From positions 469,637 to 533,636 of the forward strand of contig JAANOX010000142.1 of assembly GCA_020184695.1 (NCBI GenBank): a stretch of 64,000 nucleotides of DNA, in the 5' to 3' direction. The notes beneath the pieces are model-generated. The model was given only the letters and a program-made list of their open reading frames with translations, ran no database searches and was not told where the DNA came from. This document shows, piece after piece, positions 56,992 through 64,000 of this stretch. Every line of letters begins with the position of its first letter. Within the stretch, counting starts at the first letter, position 1. The position numbers and the translations under genes are program-made. The stretch is from Histomonas meleagridis 2922-C6/04-290x (taxonomy: Eukaryota > Protista > Parabasalia).

Positions 56992-59900
56992 ATGGATTCA
57001 AAATGTAATCATGAAGGAGAAGAAAGCATTAAGTTACTACAGGCATCTGAAGACACCATTCGAAATTTGAATGATCAAAATATTGAATCATCTGTGGATA
57101 CAATAATTAATTATCATTGTATCAATAAATATTCCTTAAAAACAATTGTATGTAGATTATTATATTCATATTGCGTATCGAATCTTAATAAATATCATAT
57201 ATGTATCAATTTTATTAAAGCATATAATTCAAAAGAGAATGTGGAAAATGATGAACAAAAACTTATTGAAATTTTTTGCGAACAACTTTTAAGATTAAGT
57301 ACATCAGAATCCAATTATCTTCTTGAACAATTAATTCGTAATAAAATAATTAATGCAAATCTACTCAAAGCTAAAAATTCATTTTACTTTAAACATTATT
57401 TTGAGAAAGATGATATGGGTGAACATTGCTTTGATAAGATATTTAAAAAAAATCTTAAAAATAATCCTGAACTTCATAATGAATTAATTAATGAAGGTGT
57501 TAATCCGAGTGGAATTACTAAAATCATTCGAAATGATGAAATCGAGAAACTTCAAGAAATAGCATCACAAACGAATTTTAATATTAATCAAAAAATTAAA
57601 ATCTCATTATATGAAAAATGTTCATTTATTAATCAAATAAATGTTTCATTAATTGATTATGCAGCATTTTATGGATCAATTAATTGTTTTAAATTTTTAT
57701 TATTAAATGGATCTAAATTAGATTATACTTTTAAATATGCTGTTGCGGGTGGAAACTTTGAAATCATTACTTTATGTAAACAAAATGGTTCATCATTTGG
57801 TGGATCATTTGAAGCTGCAATTAAATTCCATAAAAATGATATCTTTAAATATATTTATAAAGATATATATAACGAAGATAAAAACTATAAAGGATTAGCA
57901 AAAATGTGTATAGAGAATGATAATTATGAAATTTTATTATTTTTAGAAAATGAAGGAATGAAAATTGATAATTCAGATATCAATAAATCAGCTTCAAAAG
58001 GAAATTTGTTCCTTTTCAAATATTTAACTGAAAAATATCAAATTCCTAAAGATTCTTTAGTTTTTGCTTCGAAATCAGGAAATTATGAATTTGTAAAATA
58101 TATTATTGATAAAGGTATTGTTGATATTAATGCAAAGAATAATAATTTTTAATTTTTGAAGTTAAATTTAACGATTTAAAATATAAAAATTGTTTTTGGA
58201 ATTTCATTGTATTATTTCAAACAGCATTAATACTCGCTTCTCAAATGGGTTTTGTTAATATTGTCGAACTACTTCTGAAGCAAAAAGGAATTGAAATTAA
58301 TACTCAAGATGTTATTGTGTTAAATTTGATGTTTAATTTTATAATTAAATATTTTAAATCAACATTTGGAATTTTTATAAATTATTTGAAACTGCACTAT
58401 TTTATGCTTGTGAAAAAAATAAATATGAAGTGGTAAAATTGTTAGTTGAACATAAAGATATTAAATATGATGAAAACATTATTTGTTTATATTATTTATG
58501 ATTTGTTTTAATGTTTTGTTTTTATATAATAATATTCGATATTCATTAATATTAAAAACAACACCACTTATGTGTGCATGTGATAATAATTGTGTTGAAA
58601 TAGTTAAATTACTTCTTGAGAAAAATTCATATGATATTAACGCTACTTCTGTCAAATTAATTTATTCAAAATTAGCTTAATTTTTATAATGTTTCATAAT
58701 GACTTTTGGTATTTTTTTGATTTGTTTCTAACAGCATTAATAGTAGCATCTTATAAAGGATATACAGATATTGTAAAATTACTTATTGCTCAAAAAGATA
58801 TTGATATAAATATCAAGGATTCTAATGATAATTTTAAATATTTATTCTTTCAAAATAAAATTAGGAATTTATTCAATTTTAAAACAGCTCTTATGTATGC
58901 AGTTAAATTTAATAAATTAGATATTGTTGAAATACTTCTTGCGCAAAATGGAAGTGATATAAATTCGAGAAGCATTTCATAAAATGATAAAATATTTATT
59001 TTTAATATATACTATTTAATTGATTTTTTTGATGTTTTTTCAAATAATTTTGGACTTTATTAATGATTGCATCTTATTTTAAAAATGTTGATATTGTTAA
59101 ATTCTTATTAAATCAAAAAGGAATTGATGTTAATGCTCATAATATTTAAATAATTTATATAAAGTTGATTACAATAATTTAATATTTAATTTCAACTTTT
59201 GGAATATAATAGTATTATTTAGTAATGCATTTATATTTGCATGTGATCAAGGAAGTATTGAAATTGTTAAATTACTTCTTGCTACAAAGGAAAATGATAT
59301 TAATTATAAAACAATTAATTTCTTTTATTAAATGTTTTTTATAATGTTGTGATATTTCATATTAATATTTGGAATTAATTTCATTTATTTTGGACAGCAT
59401 TAATACATGTTTCTATGAGAGGTAACTGTGATATAGCTAAATTACTTCTTGAACAAGAAGGAATTGATGTTAATGCAAAATCTGTTTGTTAGTTTTTATT
59501 AAAGTTTTTTGAATAATTTTTGTGTTAATTAATCATAATTGGAGTTTAATTAAATCAGAGAACACAGCTCTTATAATTGCATCTCAATATGGTCAATATG
59601 AAATTGTTAAAATGCTTCTTGAGAAACGAGAAATTAATATTGAAGCTGAAAATATTTATATATATTATTTTATGTTTTATTTAGATATTCGATATTATAG
59701 TTCTTAATTTGGAATTAACTAAAATTATTTAAAACGGCTATAATTTATGCTTATTTAAATAATAATAAAGAAATTATTAAAATGCTTCTAGATTTTGAAG
59801 GTTTTTATAAAAATACAGGAAATATTTCTTTATTTATCTTAAAGTTTATTTCATTTGTTCGATATCATAATATAAAATTTGGAAATTATTTATAATATTT

Positions 59901-61117
59901 TGGAAACCACTTATGATTGCGACTGAAAATAATAATTACGATCTTGTTAAAAAACTAATTGAACAAGAAAAAGTTGATATCAATGAAAAAGATGTTTATA
60001 AATTGTTTTTGAAGTTAGTTCTAATTAAATGAAATTTAAAAATAATATTTGGAATTTATTTAAAATGTTTTGTACAGCATTAATGATTGCTGCTGAAAAT
60101 GGATTTAATGATATAGTTAAATTACTTCTAGAGCAAAAAGGAATTGATATAAATAGCAAGGATATTTATATATTTTTAAAAATGTTTATTTGAATAATAT
60201 AAAATTTTAGAAAAATATTTGGAATATGTTTGAATTTTTTTGGAATGCATTAGAAATTGCATCACAAAACGGTCATATTGAATCAATAAAATTACTTCTT
60301 CAATACGAGGGAATTGATATTAATGCTAAAAATGTATACAAACTTTATTTAATGTTAATTTTATTAAAATGAAATTACAAAATAATATATAAAAATTGCT
60401 TAAATTATTTTATACTGCACTTATTATAGCAGCTGAAAATGGTCATATTGAAATTGTTAAAAAACTTCTTGAACAAAAGGGAATTGATATTAATGCACAA
60501 AATACTTTTTTGTTTTAAGTAAAGTTTCTTTCAAAAATTTTATGTTTAATAAAAATATTTGGAATTTAATCAAATTATTTGGAACAGCACTTATGGGCGC
60601 GACTGAAAGAAACCACATCGAAATCGTTACATTACTTCTTGATCAAAATGGAATAGATTTCAATGCTAAAAATATATATTCCTTCTATTTAGTATTTATT
60701 CATAATATTTGGTATATCAAAATAATATTTGGAATATATTTAAAATGTTTTGTACAGCACTAATGATTGCATCTCAATTTAATTATATCGAAATAGCGAA
60801 ATTACTTCTTGGAAAAGAAGGAATTGATATAAATCTCAAAAATATATTTTTGCAAAATATAATACTTATTTATATAGTTTTGGGTTTCATCATGTTATTT
60901 GGAATTTGTTAAACATATTTTCTAGTGCTATTTTTATCGCAGCTGATAATGGTTATGAAAAATTTGCTGAATTACTTCTGAACGAAAAAGGAAATGAAAT
61001 AGAAAAAGAGGATATTATTTGTTTGAATCATTTGAATATGCTGTTATGTTTGCAGCACAAAAAGAACACGATAATGTTGTTGCATTGCTTGAAAATTATA
61101 AAAAAGGAATTTTCTAA
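56992..61117 (+). CDS. DUF3447-type ankyrin repeat protein whose 18 downstream repeats are separated by frame-breaking spacers
   Basis: First ORF 56992-58152 (LIDYAAFYGSINCFKFL, KYAVAGGNFEII), then 17 stop-free 32-codon cassettes (FxTALxxAxxxGxxEIVKLLLEQKGIDINAKN) and a terminal one ending TAA 61115-61117. Confidence 0.85.
58141..61030 (+). repeat. 170-nt periodic array (74-nt spacer + 96-nt ankyrin cassette)
   Basis: Spacer starts: 58141, 58311, 58481, 58651, 58821, 58974, then every 170 nt to 61014. Confidence 0.95.
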
Positions 61118-61357
61118 ACACCTTAAAAATCTTTATCCTGAGTAAATTAATCACCAAATTATTTAATTATAGATCAATTTCACTCACGAACGAAAAAAGA
61201 ACGAGTTTTTTTACCAATTCTTACAAACTTTTAATGTTTATGTTATAAAAGTAAAAACATAAATGCAATTTCAAAATGTTTTCGAATATCAAACTTCAAT
61301 AAAAATAAAATATTTTTTATAATTTTTACTCGTTTTTAGCTTTTCATGACCAGGAAT

Positions 61358-61759
61358 TTAGCTACAATCTATAAAGGCAGGAAAACCTATTCTGTGGAGA
61401 TGCAATATCAAGCGGATTTGACAACGACCTTTAACTTTTGGCGCTGGATCTGGGTTGTACCATAAATCTGTTACTTTCCCAACTTGCAGAGTGCGCAAAG
61501 CAATTTGAAGAGTTGCAATTTCATCATCTTTAAATAGGTCTTTGTCAAACATAGTTATTGTCAAAACATCACTTAGATTAGGTGATACTGGGAGACAGAA
61601 TTCTTCGTTCCATTGAGGTTTATTTGTATTATCTTTTACAGATGTTTTCCATTTCTTATTGCTTGTCGACAACGAAATAACGCAATAAGGATCACTTTGA
61701 GTAATTATATCCATTTTTGGAACATTTGCAGCCTCAACTACTTTTAAATGAAGTTCCAT
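61358..61759 (-). CDS. C2 domain protein
   Basis: LHLKVVEAANVPKMDIITQSDPYC...KTSVKDNTNKPQWNEEF...FDKDLFKDDEIA. Confidence 0.93.
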   Translation of the reverse strand: MELHLKVVEAANVPKMDIITQSDPYCVISLSTSNKKWKTSVKDNTNKPQWNEEFCLPVSPNLSDVLTITMFDKDLFKDDEIATLQIALRTLQVGKVTDLWYNPDPAPKVKGRCQIRLILHLHRIGFPAFIDCS

Positions 61760-62146
61760 TCCTGTTTTGTGATAGGAGAATTTAAAATGAGATCATAATT
61801 TTAACCCCTTTGAAATTTCGTAATATAACGGTTTTCTCATTTGCCTAAAACCAGTAATTCAATGGATAACTTACTCAAATTTGAAAATGGACGATAAGCA
61901 AAGACGCTTCGGACATAATAATTAAGTGAAAAGTCAATCTGAAAGATTTTTTATGTAATAATTATAAATAATATTATTCATATTTACTGTGAGATGTATT
62001 CCGATATAAATAATCATAATCTATAATATTATTCATCTAATGTAAAATTAATTCTTTTTTATGTAATTATATATTTAGAAGAAATATATTTATATTAATG
62101 TAAAGATAACATTTATAAATGATACGAAAGTTATATTTTTACTAAT

Positions 62147-63316
62147 TTAATATCTGTTTTTCACAACTTCTATAAACCCAAGGAAATCATTTACATCAAT
62201 TTCCTTTCCGTCGTCCAGAACTGCCTTTCCGCTGAACCTTCCGAACACCTGATGCTGGTTAGACGCGATTATCAACAAGTTAAAGTTCGATGACCGATCC
62301 ACAATTGGCGTGAACACCAAATTTAGTCTTTTGTCGTCACTTTCGACTTTAATTTGTTTGTCGTATTCGTATTCCCCTTTTTCGTTTGTTGGTATCTCGA
62401 ACACAACTTCGTTAAGTTTGTGAACTTTATCGCCGTAGAACAAAACGTTTTCGGTCGCAGGAGATCGATCAGTAAATCCGTACCCTAAATTAAATCCGAA
62501 CTTAATTCCATCGATTTTACCGGACGCTGAGCTCCAGTACCACGTGTTTTTGTACGTCCATTTACCTCGGCCCCAATCAAGAACTGTGAATGAATTATCT
62601 GGATCAAGGTCGATTTCTCTCTTTCCAAGCTTAACTTTCCCAGTGGAGACCATGCAGTTCACCTTCTCGTTGAGGTAGAAACATGTACGATCTGTTGACC
62701 ATGATGTCGCAATGTTCATACTTTCAACGTTAGATGGTTGGATGGCTACAATGTCGGCTTCGAACCCGGTTTCGTTGTTGGGAAGTTTCATTTTAGATGA
62801 TTTTGCAAATATATGGCGAAGTTCTCCTTTCTTTTCATATTTGATGGAAACTGTATCATCGGTATAAGAAACATTCATGTCGGTGGTAGATGTTGGTGAT
62901 AAACCTAATTTGCCAAGAGTAAATAATTTGATTGTATCAACTTGATAAAAAGTGCCATTTTCAAGATCAATGTAAGCAATGGCCATGAGGCCTCCGTATG
63001 TTAAATCAGAAATTGTTACACAAACAGCAAAATTTTGTGTATGTGATATTGTCATGTAATAATCCCATTCTTTAACACCAAGTTTAATACCTTGAATTTT
63101 ATCACGAGAATAAATAAAAAATGGATGTCTGGCCCAACCTTCACGTGCAAGATATCCACTGGAATTAAGAAGATTTTCTTGTGTAATAATTTCAATTTGT
63201 TGTTGTGCATCATATAGAACATCAGTTGCGTCTTTATTTAAATACTGTTTGAAAGCGAATATTAGAAAAGCCAGGACTATTACGAAAATTGATTTAAAAA
63301 CCATTTTTGAACCCAT
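62147..63316 (-). CDS. DUF2804-family protein with N-terminal signal/anchor
   Basis: GWARHP, KEWDYY, LDWGRGKW, WYWSSASG, GFNLGYGF, ATENVLF, QHQVFGRFSG; ATG 63316 follows a TCATT Inr. Confidence 0.75.
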   Translation of the reverse strand: MGSKMVFKSIFVIVLAFLIFAFKQYLNKDATDVLYDAQQQIEIITQENLLNSSGYLAREGWARHPFFIYSRDKIQGIKLGVKEWDYYMTISHTQNFAVCVTISDLTYGGLMAIAYIDLENGTFYQVDTIKLFTLGKLGLSPTSTTDMNVSYTDDTVSIKYEKKGELRHIFAKSSKMKLPNNETGFEADIVAIQPSNVESMNIATSWSTDRTCFYLNEKVNCMVSTGKVKLGKREIDLDPDNSFTVLDWGRGKWTYKNTWYWSSASGKIDGIKFGFNLGYGFTDRSPATENVLFYGDKVHKLNEVVFEIPTNEKGEYEYDKQIKVESDDKRLNLVFTPIVDRSSNFNLLIIASNQHQVFGRFSGKAVLDDGKEIDVNDFLGFIEVVKNRY

Positions 63317-64000
63317 TGCCACCAATGAGTACGTTATTTGGCTTCATATCACCTCACATTCACCTTCAAATGTGTATCGTTCTGATATGCAGATATTTTG
63401 CGTGCAGATATTATTTAATAAAAATTATGAAATATGTAAGCAAAAATAGAATTAATATAAAGGATCAATCCATTGGGGCATCAATATTATGGAGTTAGAA
63501 AGTATGAAAAAACATGATATTATATACTTTGGCGTGTATGTAAATGGATTTGGAGTTTCCGTTGTACATGAAACTGTTGTGTCTTACTGTGGAAATAAAT
63601 ATGGACTTGGCCACATTACAGATAAATTTGGAATCAAAATTGGGACATTAGAATGTACTCAAGCATATGAGCGTATTTGTTCAAATGGTCCAATTGAAGC
63701 TCCATGGAGATATTATTCGAAATTTGTTCATTACTAGAGTGGATTGAAATATTATGCTAATGGTACTCCTGATGGAAGCATTCGATTACCAACCAGGGTT
63801 TCATATGAAATTCTTTCAATTCCCGAAATCCCAAATTGCAGAACATATTATATTTAGGGATGCGCGGAACACACACACACACAGCGCTATGTGAGCTTCG
63901 TGCTACGCACTCGCTCCCACCCGCGCTACATAAACTAAAGGATGAACGGTGTAAACGCGATTGATTTTCATAAATCGGTTGGTTTTGATTGAAAGTAATT

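Noticed and set aside
58141-61030. Canonical GT-AG introns using spacer GT(21-22) and the ACAG in the Thr-Ala codons
   Set aside because: That cut leaves the next cassette out of frame and deletes the TA motif. Several spacers have stops before position 21, 5/16 lack the GT, and many cassettes lack ACAG.
58141-61030. CRISPR-like repeat-spacer array or simple stop read-through
   Set aside because: The repeats are divergent protein-coding units and the spacers are homologous to each other. Read-through cannot fix a 3n+2 frameshift.

Overview
AT-rich, almost intron-free eukaryotic DNA. The gene set (HydE maturase, BspA-like LRRs, transmembrane adenylate cyclase, DUF3447-type ankyrin protein, Inr/M3/M5-like promoter motifs) points to a parabasalid, probably Tritrichomonas/Trichomonas-like (inference). 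Housekeeping genes: TOR (runs off the left edge, so absent from the ORF track), RPS17, AP-2 alpha adaptin, a TBC protein, HydE and a C2 protein. Accessory content: a T4 Rnl2-type RNA ligase, a DUF2804-like protein, a decayed Tc1/mariner element carrying a Myb-like segment, two BspA pseudogenes, and six members of a (T-K/E-S-N-T-F)n-stalk surface-protein family, four of them ~2 kb near-identical inverted/direct copies. The most striking feature is the ankyrin gene at 56992-61117. After the first ORF, 17 stop-free 96-nt ankyrin cassettes alternate with spacers at an exact 170-nt period. Sixteen of the 18 spacers are exactly 74 nt, frame-breaking and sequence-divergent, and they lack usable GT-AG ends. 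This suggests an unexplained non-canonical splicing, bypassing or cassette mechanism. All alignments and counts were done by eye; some homopolymer frameshifts in the duplicated genes may be sequencing errors.
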